A stretch of DNA of 64,000 nucleotides from Callorhinchus milii (GCF_018977255.1 NW_024704742.1:106022001-106086000), one strand, 5' to 3'. Positions 24,966 through 37,785 are shown, counted from the first letter of the stretch. A program made the numbers and translations. Notes: generated by a model not told the origin, from the letters alone.

Positions 24966-27477
24966 AATGCAGAGTGAGTTCAGAATCCTGACTTGGAGTT
25001 TGAACCTACAACCTTCTGACTCAGAAACAGAATGCTACCAATTGAATCAGACTGCCATCTACTATTGTGCTACTGCACTATATGCAGTATGCAGAATGCA
25101 GTACTATTGTGCATTCAGAATAAATCACACATTCATAAGGACATATCTATTGGTCACAACAACAACTTGCATTTATATAGTGCCCTTCACGCAGGATAGG
25201 GTCTCTGAGAGCTTTTTTAAGATGTTTTTCTAGTACGCCATAATAGATCTATCATATTTTATTCCTTTCCTTCCATTGGTTTCAGATCTCCTGCCAGTTT
25301 CCAGATGATTACGTTACTTTCCTCAAGGGCAACACATCTTTATTGAAAATCTTTCGCCAATTATTCACAATACTCATATTCTAAAGCATCACAGGCCTCG
25401 TGGAAGAATTATATTAAAGACAAATTATGTGGTTTATTTATAGCAGCAGAAAACTTTCAGCTCAAAGTATTTTACATTTCTGTGAATTGCTTCCTGATTA
25501 AGGAAATACAGTAAAAGGATCAGGAATCGGTATGGATTGATTGAAGCAAACCATTAATAGAAATTATGTGATCATTATCTTATAAACAGGCTGAACTAGA
25601 GAGGGTCTGAGAAGAATCGTGCTATAATTAATATATAGCATCATTTACAACCTTTTAAAAATGCAACGAAGCATCAGACATGCTGACATTATGATTAAAT
25701 ACATTTGTAGAATAACCTAAAATATTGATGAAGGTCACCTCGGAGCACTGAGGTACAATAATTAAAACGTTTTTCTTTGTAATTGGCTTCTGATTATTTT
25801 ATGCTGCTGCAGAAAGTAACACTCGTAACGCATCATGGCAGATGAAGGGTTAAATCATCTCAGTAGGATTCAGTAATTATATACATTGATTACTTGTAGA
25901 AATCTGCTAGCTGACAGGATAAGAAGGGCTCAGTTTTCTAGTAGTGCGGTCATTTTATTTTGCTTAAGATGGATGAGTTAATAAACACAGAGCAAGCACT
26001 CCCATAAATTCAGCATCTGTAATATTTGTCACCTTCAAAATTACTTGCTCGAGAGCAACATCCGTTATGTGATTTCGCAGGAGAGGACCTAGCAGACTTG
26101 AATCCAAGTTTTCACTTGCAGTAGTGATTAATATATTGTTGTTGTTTAGAAAGGCAGCATCATTAGGCAGAAGCTTAGCTCCAACACATAGAAGAAATTT
26201 GCTGCATTGAGCCATATTGTGCTATTTAGGAGTTCAGTTGCTGTTTCATCAGTGTAGATCATTGTGAATTGCTGCAAGTAGTTCTGTTGCCTTGGGCTGG
26301 ATTTATGGAAACATCACGATCATTTTCAAAAGACAATTACAGTTGTTGGTTTGATTCCTACCTAAACACAGCCCCCAGATAACTGGTTTGCAACTAATAT
26401 GTGATTAAATTATATTGCAATATTTCTGAAAAAGAGTTTTAGCGATCTCATTTTTCTACTGGGATTAAAGAAAAAGTGAACAGAAAGCAATAATGAAAAC
26501 ATTCATACAAGATTAAAGCACTTTTATACATCACTTTTATCTCTTGAAATAAATTCAGTTTGTTGCATTTTTTATATAGTCCATTTACTTTAATGGCTGT
26601 TTGTGGGACATTGCTGTGTGCCAACTGGCTGCTGGATTTGCTTGCAAAATACACAGTCACTACACTTTACAGTAAATCCTGTGAAGTGCTTTAAAATGTC
26701 CTTTCAAAGTGGAAGGAGCTAAGTCAAATGCAAGGATTATTATTATTACTTCAGTTAACAGTTCAGGAATATATGTTGCATCTGTGCATATACATAATCG
26801 TGGACAATAAATTTGGGAAACAGTTTTTTTCCCATTTTGCACCCTAGATCAGACTTCAATCCTTCAAATGGAATGCATAGCTTCCTCTTGATTACCTCGA
26901 TTTCATGTTTCTAAATCATAACAATGATCCTTACGTTTGATATAGTGCCTTTCAAGTCAGGAGGCCATCTCAGTACTTCACAATATTTACTGTAAATTTT
27001 AGTGACTGATTTTGTAGGTAGGTGAATGGATCAGCCAATATTGCATTCAACAATGTCCCACAAGCAGCCAGAAAGTGAATGACTAATTTTATCTGGGGGA
27101 TTGTTCCGTTGTTCCAATATGAAATCACCATTCTTTATATTCTGCCTAGTTTTATTATCTGATTTGATTGAGACCCTTAACTCAGTGCTAATTTATGTCA
27201 CCAGGACATTTTGTCGAGGGGTATTGGTGAACGGAATGAGGAGGGTCAGGGATTCCTTATTAAGGAAACCTGCTGCGAAATATCACGAACCAAACCTGAA
27301 CAATTAACTGCAAGAGTTGTAATGAAAATAAAGAATGCCTTTCTTTCTTTTCTACCTGGGTCATGCATTAATTGTGGCAGAGAGAATACATTGGAACCTT
27401 GTCCCAAGCTCGCCTCACAGCCTCTCTGAGAAGGTTGCTAGGAGATAAGTGAGTCACCAACGATCACCTTGTCTTTG

Positions 27478-28226
27478 ATATCCATTTCTCTATCGCCCAC
27501 AGCACAGAAACAGCCCTGGTCAAAGTGACAAATGACATTCTGTCCATCTGTGACCAAGGCTCCCTCTGCCCCCTCGTCCTCTTTGACCTCTCTGCTGCCT
27601 TTGACACCATCGATCACTCTATCCTTATCCACTGCCTCTCCTATCACCTCAACTTTCATGGTTCTGTCCTTGAATGGTCAGATCGTACCTCTCACACCGC
27701 CTGCACTTCATCTCCACAAACGGGTTCTCTTCTTGCCCCCCCACTGTCTCATGTGGTGTTCCTCAGGGCTCTGTTCTTGGGACCCTCCTCTTCAATATCT
27801 ATGTGTTCCTTCTTGGTGACATCATCCACAGACATGGGGTCAACGTCCACATGGATGACACCCAACTGTACCTCTCTGCCTTCACCCTTGACTCCAGGAC
27901 CACTGCAGTCCTGACAGAATGTCTATCAGACATCAAGTCCTGGATGAGAGCTAACTATCTTTAGTTGAACATCAACAAGACCGAGGCTCTCCTGATTGCT
28001 TCCCGCCAATGCCTTCACATCTTAGTCCCTGACAGCATCACTATCCATGGTTGCATACTTCACCTTACTAAGCCAGTCCAGAACCTTGGCATCTTGTTTG
28101 ACCCTCAACTATCCCTTCTACCCCGCATCCTTGCCATGACCCGCTCTGACTTCCGCCACCTCTATAACATCGCCCGGCTCCGCCACTGTCTCACACTGCA
28201 GCCGCAAAACCCTCATACACGCATTC
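27478..28226 (+). mobile_element. Older L2 copy, RT part (left half of a SINE-interrupted element)
   Basis: [60 protein letters not shown]; frameshifts and stops present. Confidence 0.93.
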
Positions 28227-28227
28227 C

Positions 28228-28589
28228 CTCCAAATAATAATCCCTCCAAAAAAAAACCAAACAATAATAAATTGGTCATTTTCAATCCATGACTGTTTGT
28301 GAGACACTGTTGTGCGCAATTGGCTGCTGCATTTCGCCCACAAATATATGGTCAATTCACTTTACAGCATATTCTGTGAAGCACTTTGAGATGTCTAGAA
28401 GATGTGAAAAGCGCTATATCAAATGTAAGGATTATTATTATTATTACTTGTATAGTGCCTTTCACACTGGGAGTAGGGGAGAATTGTAGAAGGTAGACTG
28501 CAGTCCAACGAGAATTGTAGAAATTAGAGTTGTGCCTTAGATGTTGGTGATCATCAAGTGCAAGGATTATTATTATTAATATTATTATT
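28228..28589 (+). mobile_element. SINE 3' half + 103-nt extension + second tail, inserted into an L2
   Basis: SINE body 28233-28447; extension 28448-28550 shared with 46038-46140; second ATCAAGTGCAAGG(ATT)n at 28553-28589. Confidence 0.88.
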
Positions 28590-29171
28590 CGTAACATCCA
28601 GTCTTGACGGCCTCCCCAACTCCACCCTCCATAGGCTGCAGATCATCCAGAACTCTGCAGCCCGTGTCCTCTCCCAAACCAGGCTCCGTGACTCTGTCAC
28701 ACCCATCCTCGCCTGATTCCACTGACTTCCCATCACACAGAGGATACAATTCAAGATCCTGGTCCTCACCTTCAAAGCCCTCCATGGCCTCGCTCCCCCC
28801 TATTGCCTCGACCTCCTAATCCCTACCATCCTGCCCGTTGCCTCCGCTCAGTGGGCTCCGGCCTGCTTCACGTCCCTCACCTCGCCTGCTCCACCATTGG
28901 TGGGCGGGCCTTCTGCCACTCTACCCCACCCTCTGGAACTCCATCCCGCAGTCCCTCCACCTCGCCCCTTCCCTTGCCTCCTTCAAGACCCATCTCAAGA
29001 CCTTCCTCTTCCACTGTGCTTTCGATCATCCTTCTTCACCCCCTGCCCTCTGCTCTCCACCCTCCCCAATCCAGACCCCCAATTCGGGTCTGAAACACTG
29101 ACTGTTGAGCGCCTTGGGACATCCTCCTGACATAAAAGGCACTATACAAATGTAATTGTGTTGTTGTTGTT
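28588..29171 (+). mobile_element. Older L2 copy, C-terminus and tail (right half)
   Basis: Resumes FVTSSLD exactly after LIHAF of the left half; LWNSIP..FKTHLKTFLF; stem-loop and (TTG)n at ~29160. Confidence 0.93.
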
Positions 29172-29324
29172 ACTTGCTTCAGGAAAAATGGCATGCGGGT
29201 ATTAGTTGTGAATGTAAACCCATGTGCCACTAATCCGTCATCCTGTACATTGGTCCTCCAATAAACTGTAGTATTGAATTATGCCATGTTTTGCCCATTG
29301 GTAAAATCATATATCCACACTAGT

Positions 29325-29495
29325 CACTGAGGTCAGGTATTCTTCCCACTCAACTCCTGTTAACTCTGCAAGCCAAAGCCCTAATGGGTAGTGTGGTCCT
29401 AGCTGGACAATCAGCAGGAAAGTTTGCCAGATAATTCTTCCAACGGCAAGCAATGCGGTTTTAGCTGGTTGAGCTCCAGCAGTAGCCCCTCACAC
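29325..29495 (+). repeat. Unnamed repeat, 5' part
   Basis: CCCACTCA..GTTAAC..GCAAGCCAAAGC..CCTAGCTGGACAA..TTTTAGCTGGTT. Confidence 0.8.
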
Positions 29496-30286
29496 CAGGA
29501 TGAAATGTGATAGTCAATACTACAAGTTTTGTGCTATTTTCCATTGTACTTTCTTAGCATATAGAAGTGTTAACAAACTGAATATCTGCAGCTGCTTTGC
29601 CTCTACTGGACAGGAAATGGGCTGGTGATACCATGGCCTCTCACCTATAGCAGTAGAATGAAGAGGAGAACAACCATTTCAAAGGAGGAAAGAAATGACT
29701 TGTTCTGACACTGAAGAATACATTTTTCAATTGCAAAGGAAATCAATAGTTACAGACAGTTCTGACAGCCTAAGCACTCTGAAGCTTCAGGTCACATCTT
29801 TGTAATGTACCCTTTTTACCCTCAGGTTCTTTCAAACATCCAGCTCTAACACATAGAAAGGCATTGGAAATGTCTTGTCCAGCAATTTATGTCCAGCAAT
29901 GGGGTATCAGCTTGAATCTAAGCACTTTGAAATTAAGAAGGGGTTACACAGGTGAGAAAAATGAAAAGCAGTCTAAAATAACAACAGGTTTCATGGTGAA
30001 TTACATTAATGAATGAAATTGAGGGAAGCTATTATGAAACATCTTAGAGATTAAGTTAGTTTTCCACACAGAGTAATAATAATCTTTCCATTTGATTTCT
30101 CACCTTATCATGTTGCCGAAATGCCTCTAAGCGCGTCACAGGGGTTTACTGCTTCAAGTAATGATGTGTATTTGTAGGAATCTATTGCAAATATGGGAAC
30201 GGACGAGTATTCTGGAGAGTTTTGTTTGATTGACTCTGGGATTCAGATAGTATCTATACAATATTTTCCTACTTGACAAAGAGGTT

Positions 30287-30704
30287 TTTTTGGTTGCCTG
30301 GGTGTCTGATACATGTGGAAATCTGGAAACCCAAAACCAAGCTTAAGATTATCCAAACCAAACTGAGTGTTCCATGATCCCACCTATATATGGAAATTCC
30401 CAAGATATTTATTAGGGTGGAATGCGCACTCTCCCTGGAGGCATGCATTCTGCTTACCCAATTCCAGAAAGTATTAGATTCAGGTTGGCAAGAGCCAAGG
30501 TTTAGGGCACTGCTAGAGTCTAACCAGCTAAAACCACATAGCTTGCCATTGGCATTGCTGTCTGGCAAGCTTCTCGCTACTTGTCCAGCTAGGAGCACCC
30601 TAGTCATTAGAGCTTTGGCTTGCTGGGTTAACAGCAGCTGAGTGGGATGACTCCCTGCACCCAATGACTGGTCTGCCCTTCCAGGTCCTGCCGATGAGCT
30701 AAAC
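30287..30704 (-). repeat. Unnamed ~400-bp old interspersed repeat (SINE-like), most complete copy
   Basis: Homologous to 6333-6725 (-), 48983-49141 (+) and 29325-29495 (+); A-box-like TAGCTCATCGG at the 5' end and an A-run at the 3' end. Confidence 0.85.
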
Positions 30705-31449
30705 TTAATTTCTTCAACAATCTGGTACAAAGTGGTAAGAGCCTGCTTTGGCTAGAATTTGACTTTATGGGAGTTAAACAGAGAATAGAGCATGCCAAAT
30801 ATGTTGGCTTCTGGGCTCACGCAGGCCTCACTAATTTCAAATAAATTCAAAATTTTCTCAGAGTGGGATGGGATATATCCCCAGTGTATATATCTCTTTT
30901 CCTGCACATCTTATACAGACCTGCAGTTTTCTGCTAAAGAGTTAGCTACTGTCTGGCTTCTCCAGTCCGCATGCAGATCCGTGTTCTTCTATAAGTGGGA
31001 CCACAAAACACATCATATAGGCCACAATCCATTTTCCTCCATATTCGTAATACTCAAGGGTATTGTATCAGTGAGTGGTGCATATTGTTTCCAAGCCAAA
31101 CAGCTGATTGCCTCTGTTGAGCTGTGGGCTGTTTTTATACTCCTGTCGATGGTGCTTTTTTTACAGACTTAATATAGAACAATTTGACTATTGGCATTCA
31201 TTCCAGGGAGAGGATTATGTATGAGAAGGCAATTCAAGTTAATCAGATAGGTTGTACTTAACTAAAATGTGCCAAATTTCTTTTGCTACTTTGGCCATCT
31301 TTCTTGCATTGTGATGCATTAACAAAGAATTCTGCAATGTAACATCGATTGTGCCACTTTACAGAAAAATATGCAACAGGATTCAATGTATTTAAGAGCT
31401 CCATAGACACAGCATTGTTTTCCTATTTTCTTTCCTTTTCTGCAGTAGG

Positions 31450-31810
31450 AAGGACTTATACTTGCTTCTGATTCCTAATCAGAAAGGTAGCCTTCCATTA
31501 ACTGACCCAAGTGACCATTCTTCATATGCGAGCCCTGATATTGGGTGTTTGCAGGCAATTTGACCTTGGGTGACATCGCAGTGGAGCACGATCCCATCCC
31601 CACTCAAGTTCCACGCATGCAAAATTCAATAGCGATACAAGAATGTTGAGGACATGAAAAGGGGTTTGCAACCCATCTGGACGGTCACAGAAGTTTTCAG
31701 CAGGGGTCACGTAGCAGCGACCAGGAGACTGAACCCTTGTGAACTTTCATCCTTCTTCATCCTGGAAACACTGAAATTAATTGTAGTTGCTCCAGTGTTG
31801 TTATGCTTGG
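31450..31810 (-). mobile_element. Second old SINE-like family (copies also at 46640-46930 - and 50535-50712/51310-51440 +)
   Basis: Shared motifs TGAAGAATGG(C/T)CACTTGGG, TGA(T)CGCT..GTGACCCCTGCTG and ACAATT..TTCAG..CC.GG in three places. Confidence 0.6.
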
Positions 31811-32656
31811 GCTTTAAAATCTGATTTCTTTCATAAACAGTCCCATAATGTCAAAGCATGTGACATTATTCAGCTGCTTAGGCGTCTTATATAAACAGTA
31901 TACGTGATACGGTTCACTAATTTTTCCTGACTGAGGTTGCAGTGAGTTCAAGAATAGTTAAAATTCATTTCATTAATTGCAATTAAAAGAAAAACTTGCA
32001 TTCTCGTGTTTTACACAGAATACCTAACTTGTGAGTGTTGGCGTTTTGAAAATGTTATGAAAAACATTCTTGGAATTTCCTTTAAAAAGGCTTTCACTGT
32101 CAAACATGTTGACTATTTTTGTAGGCAAATGCACAGAATATTAGGCCAGCAAGGTCCCACAAACAGCCATGAGTTGAATAACCAATTATTCTGGAGAATC
32201 GTTGGCCAGGAAACTGGGAAACTCCATTTTTTTCTAGTAGTGTCCAGGGAACCATATTTATGGAAAATGCACAAATTATGATTTGGGGCTTTATCTCCAG
32301 CTGTACTTGCAGTGTTTATGATGGAATTAAACCTGATGTCTCTTCATTCTGTATTTTTGTGTAGTTTTTTTTATATCTGTTTGCATATTTGGTAGACAGC
32401 AATCTATTTTCTAAAGTATTTAATTCCATATGAGATCTAGCATACACTGATATATTATGGTGCATTATGCACCACCATTCAACAATCTAAGTTTTATAGA
32501 TGGTGTATTAAAGAGCCATATCATACAGTGTTTTTGATATCTTTAGCAGTGCTGCATTCACTTCATAGAACTCTACTTATTCAATCTGGAAACAATGGTA
32601 ATTTAACAATCTTATTTCTGCAAAAACATGTTTAAAAAAGAGATTAGGGAAGCCAT

Positions 32657-32963
32657 AATAATAATAATAATAATCCTTGCATTTAATATAGCGCTTTTCT
32701 CATCTTCTAGACGTATCAAAGCGCTTCACAGAATATACTGTAAAGTGAATTGATTGTATATCTGTGGGCGAAATGCGGCAGCCAATTGTGCACAGCAGCG
32801 TCCCCCAAACAGTCGTGGATTGAAAATGACCAATTTATTATTGTTTTGTTTTTTGGAGGGATTATTATTAGGCTTGTGGAGTAAGGAAAGTTGCCCAAGG
32901 TTTCGCCCTGCCTGGAACTGAACCCAGATATCTCGCTTGCTAACCACTGAGCTACAGGACTCC
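32657..32963 (-). mobile_element. tRNA-headed SINE, full length with a deletion in the anticodon arm
   Basis: Reverse complement of the same family; (AAT)n at 32657. Confidence 0.92.
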
Positions 32964-33134
32964 ATGGGAGAACTGGCAAGGGACATAGCAGCAGATGCAA
33001 AGCATTATACCAACTTATTCTTCCTATATTATAACATTAAGAGCATAGTCAGACAATGTTAAAACCACGAGGAACAGAATGGGTGTTGAAAAATAGGTCA
33101 AACAGGAGACAGCAATCCTATCAAATTACTAGTT

Positions 33135-33620
33135 TCTTGAAATTTTTACCTGGAAGGACACTAACAACTTGCTGCCCAGTGTCCAACACACATTGCAGTA
33201 GCTCCAGGATTTTGATATGAGTGAGGCAGGGGTTCTCAATAGGTTCCAGGAACTGAAACCAATAAATTCTCAGAGAAGGATGAATTGTGGGCCAGTGTAT
33301 CTAGAAAGGCAATGACAGGAGATTTGTAAAGTGCTGACAGATCCTTTGAGGGAGTCAGTCATCACTGATGATTTTCCTGAAATATTGGAAACCAGAAAAT
33401 GGCATTGCCATATTCGAGAAAAGTGACAGAATTGTAGCTGGCAACTACAGACCTATTCACCTAACCGCACGATAACTAGACGCTATAGGGATCAATCAAT
33501 GGAAGCATAATGGAAGAGAACTTGTAAAAGCAACCTATTAAATGGCAGTCAGCATGGTTTCAGAAGCAGTAGACCTACCCTGATCAACTTTGCAGATGTT
33601 TTTGAAGAGATGACATTCCT
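33135..33620 (+). mobile_element. CR1 LINE RT-domain fragment
   Basis: FT..D, VL.R..EL, IF.K.DR..AGNYRPI.LT, NGSQHGFRSSR.TLINF..VFEE.T. Confidence 0.85.
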
Positions 33621-34184
33621 GTTTCACTTTGAAAATTCATGTAGGAGGATGCAATCAGTGAGGTGTAGTCTGTGATTCCTCCTGTTCTTTACATATAATA
33701 ATGACCCGACCTGATGTTGGAGAGGGGAATAGGAGGGTTGGAGGTTTGTGTGGAGTATAAATATAGGTATAGACAAGTTGGGCCATATGGCCTTTTCCAG
33801 TACCATTTAAATCTATGCAATCTACATTTTCACTAAATTTAATAAAACACAAGCAATGTTGGACTGCAGTTTGCTGGCTAAATAAAAGCTGAAAAGATCC
33901 TGCATATTAAGATGTGGTGGTATAGACAGGGTTTTAATGTACCTTTGAAAATTAAGTGCAGCGACATAAAAACTGGCAACAGGATTAGTCACCGTAAAGT
34001 AGATGTTCGTGTGAGCATCCAGGTTATTTAATGATGATGGAACACATTCATTTAAACAGAGTATTAAGATCAGTGGCCATAGACTTGATTTCAGACAACA
34101 CTGCTTCTTTGTATTATCTCATGTTATTTTAAACTTCTTTAACAGCCAGGAAGAACAAACTGCAAGTAATTCTGATGAATTACT

Positions 34185-34310
34185 CTGATGATGGGTCATA
34201 CCTGGAACATCAACCTATTATTCTCTTTCAGTTGCTGATTGACCTAATGCACGTTTCTAACATTTTCTGGTTTTATTTTACATTTCCTTCATTCAGGCAT
34301 TTTCTTTTTA
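34185..34310 (+). mobile_element. Penelope-like element terminal repeat remnant with degenerate minimal hammerhead ribozyme
   Basis: CTGATGA-TGGGTCATACCT-GGAAC-ATC followed by TCTCTTTCAG.TGCTG..TGACCT..TTTC..CATTTTCTG.TTTTATTT, the typical shark PLE-derived short repeat. Confidence 0.65.
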
Positions 34311-34779
34311 TCTCAGTGAGTAATTGATCTGCTCTTCCTGGCACTGCAGAATTTTATAAAGAGCTTTTGTGTTTTTTTATAGCAGTGTATGAGTTGAAAC
34401 ATCTCAAGGTGCTTCACAGTAATTGTTGCGAAGTGTAGTGACTGTTTTCTTTATAGGTGATTTGAGGACAAGTGAACTGATGTAAAAAAATTAAGTCTTT
34501 CAATGTTTGGCTCTTGTAATTTCAACCCTGAGGTCTCGAGTCTTGAATTGACAATTTGTGAATGAAAAAAACAAGGTGAAGACAAAACACATGACATAGG
34601 GAGTGTTGGTTCAGTGTAACATTGTTGTCTTGAGCAATTCCAATTAAGAGGTTAATAAGTATTATGCTGACTTCATGATGATGGATGATTTTGGTATTAC
34701 CTTTACTAGTGAACTGTTAAACTGTGCTGGACATCTTGCTGTGTAATAAGACATTTACTGCAGCAGTCAGTTTATATAT

Positions 34780-35185
34780 TGATGTGATCTGTAGTCAGGC
34801 TGGTTTGTCTGACTGGTACATTCAGGTCTTGTATTAATCTCTTGTGCATGGGCTATTTCTTGAGGCTCCAGATGCTGTCGTTCTGAAGCATAATTTTCTA
34901 TAGAGTGTCGATTTGGTTTATTCCCACCAGCTCATTCCTGAATTGTTAGCTTTCAGTCAGGTGAGATGGGACCATCCCATGTAACATATTGAGTCGTCGC
35001 TGGTGGTTATTCTTTTTGTGGGTGATAAAGAGATCACACTGAGTATTTTCAATATAGCAGATGCTCACAATTTGATTTTTTTTCAGATGAATTGTGGCCT
35101 TGCTCCCAAGTGCATTTCCGTTTGCTGCTCTGCGGTGTATTGTAAGAACTTCACTCCATTGTCATTATTTAACATCACCTTGTTT
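34780..35185 (-). mobile_element. Possible RTE-clade endonuclease fossil
   Basis: NDNGVKFLQY, DLFIT....HQRRL..TW, NQID, IQDLNV......TDH appear in the expected order, with frameshifts and extra spacing. Confidence 0.45.
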
Positions 35186-36179
35186 TAAATTGTGTAATTT
35201 GTCAGTGCCACATATGTTGAAACGTAATATCAGAGTTAACCACTATGTGCTGATTAATGTTTGCGCTGTGTAAAATCCCAGGTGATCTGTTTTGTATCGA
35301 CAAGTCACTCTGATAATTAGTTTACTGCTCTACCTTTCCTGTCCTATTTGAACTTGCTTTTGTTTTCCTTCCAGTCAATGCTCCTCCTCCCATCTGTTGC
35401 CCCCAATTTGATGTCATGATAAAGGTTCCACTGCAGTCATTTGCTGATACTCAAATCCAATTTGCACCCTGTGGAGGCCATGTGAATGTGTACTGAGGGA
35501 ATAAGAATAATAATCCCTAACAATCCTTACAATTAATATGGCAATTTCATGCCAGGAGGTTGTCTCAAGGTGCTTCACAGGATTCACTGAAAAGTTCAGT
35601 GACTGTTTTTTTNGGTGACTCTGTAACAATCCTAATTTTATTTGTGACTATAATTTGTAGACTAATTATGGAATTCGAAACTAATGAAATAGATGATTCT
35701 GCAAGTTTTTTAATTGGTTACTTACATAATCAAGAACATACAGCATTCATCTGTACATTTGTGTTTACACATGGTTTGCACAGCTAACATGTTAGATTCC
35801 GGATCAGCAATGCACCTTAATAACAGTGCCACGTCCATTGTGACATTCAATTTTCAGACCTGACAATACATTCAATCAACAAGTTGCTCCATTCATTAGG
35901 TAACACTGACGTCACCAAGCTGTGGCATTGCTGCACAGTTAAGGTGCACTTCAGATAACTGCAGGTTGCATTTTACCAATTTTTTGTGCGATTATTACTT
36001 GTGTGTCTTGGAATTAATTGTGTCTATTTCATCATAACCGTCACTGATGCCTTGCCAAATAGTTCTTCATGGAGTAGCTCTTGGTGAATGTGTCTGCGAT
36101 CAAAGAAATGATGTGTGCCCTCTACTATATGTGTCACATTTACAGTTGGTCTTGAAATGGTGTCAGTGCCTTTACCTTA

Positions 36180-36945
36180 AACAGCCACCATCTCATGAGT
36201 CCAACCTCCTTGTTTCTGCTAACATCTCTGTTCTTTCGGTTTTGTTCCCCTGAACCGCCCTGGCCTCTCTCTCAAACTCACGAACCATTGTGCAACTGTG
36301 TCATCTGGATCGATCTTCAGCTTTCATTTCATCAAGGCCAGTCTCTGACCTCTGTTTTCCTTCATCTCTGCCACATTACCTACCCACCTTCACCATCTCA
36401 CATCAATATCACTGAAATACTTATTCATGCCTTCTGTTCTCCCGCTTAGACTTTTCTGATAATTCCTCACTTATCTCCCTAACTCCATTCATAAGCTGCA
36501 ACTCATCCAAAATGCTGCTACCACCCCATCTCACCACACCTCACACACACCACATTCTGTACACCCATCACCCCAGTTCTTTCCATGCTCCATTGGCTCC
36601 CTAGGAAATATCTCCATTTCTTAATGCCTTCTTATCACCCAGTTTTCTATACCCTACTCCTCTGCTTGTCCCCTCTGTTCGGCAAGCTGTATATCGGCTT
36701 CACTTTCCGAGCCACTAGCTATGCCCGAGCTTTCAGAATCCATGTCTCTAACCTCTGCAACTCTCCAGCGCCTCTCTCTCTATTTGTTTTTAAGTCCTGC
36801 ATTAAAATCTACCTCTTGGAATGTTTCTATGGTCCCCTTCTCCCTCTCCCATCTCCCTTTACTTCGTCCAACCCCATCTCTGCAAAGTGCTCTGAGACAT
36901 TACCCTAAGTGAAGGGTGCTATATAAATGTAGGTTTTTGTTGAAT
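36180..36945 (+). mobile_element. Old, decayed L2 3' portion
   Basis: Remnants LIHAF..RLDF, KLQLIQNAA, PITPVL..LHWLP, plus terminal GTGAAGGGTGCTATATAAATG. Confidence 0.75.
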
Positions 36946-37445
36946 GTTTAGTACCTCCTGGGCCAGCCACCTTTCTAACATTTCATCTCGCCCATCATGA
37001 GATGCAAGTCCTAATTACAATGCACTCCTATTCTGGTGGGGTGGACATCCTTATAAACCAGACAAACTGAGTTTGCCCAAAAGAAACATGTAAATTCAGG
37101 AATTCAGGTCAGATCAGGAATCCATTCTTCAGTGTATATATAATATATATATATAAGTAGAATAGGTGAGGCTTCGCTTATAGTTCTTGGAGCTCTGAAA
37201 ATGCTGAAGCTGACTCTGAGAAATGGGGGAGAGCAGATGTTATCCTATTATGCAGACAAAGAGTGAGACATGAGTCTGAAATCCAAGCTGGCCTAATATT
37301 TGTGATGGGAAGCCAAAGGAAAGAACCGCAATAATAACTATTGCTAAGTATCTCACACCCTTTTTAATGTGCACAACACTGGGAACTGTGAAGCATGGAA
37401 TTCTGCCTTTGTCCAATGGGAAAAGATTCCCTCAGAATCCCAAAG

Positions 37446-37730
37446 ATAACAACAACAACTTGCACTTATATACCGCCTTCCACGCAAGGTAATGTCTCAG
37501 AGCGATTAACAGTGGTGGAGCCTGATTCCGAGCCAGGGCGAGGGTGGGACTTGGCCATAAGCATGGTTGAAGAGGAAAGCCTTCAGGCGGGACTTGAAAG
37601 AGGAGAGAGAGGGGGCAAAGCAGAGAGATTGAGGGAGAGTGTTCCAGAGTTTTGGGACATAATGGCTGAAAGCACGACCTCCGATGGTGGGGCGGAAGGT
37701 GCGAGGGACGAGCAGGAAGCCGGTGACAGT
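37446..37730 (-). mobile_element. L2 3' fragment
   Basis: ORF 37506-37763 reads PTIGGRAFSHYVPKLWNTLP..SFKSRLKAFLF; (CAA)n tail. Confidence 0.85.
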
Positions 37731-37785
37731 CAAGCGGATGCAATAAGTTTCCTTATTCCACACGCCTCTGTTTGCCTCGCAGTGA

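Noticed and set aside
30269..30730. 153-aa ORF
   Set aside because: Lies across the unnamed repeat; other copies have indels and do not keep the frame.
35355..35500. Plus-strand acceptor TTTTCCTTCCAG with a 39-codon frame
   Set aside because: No recognisable product and no convincing donor site.
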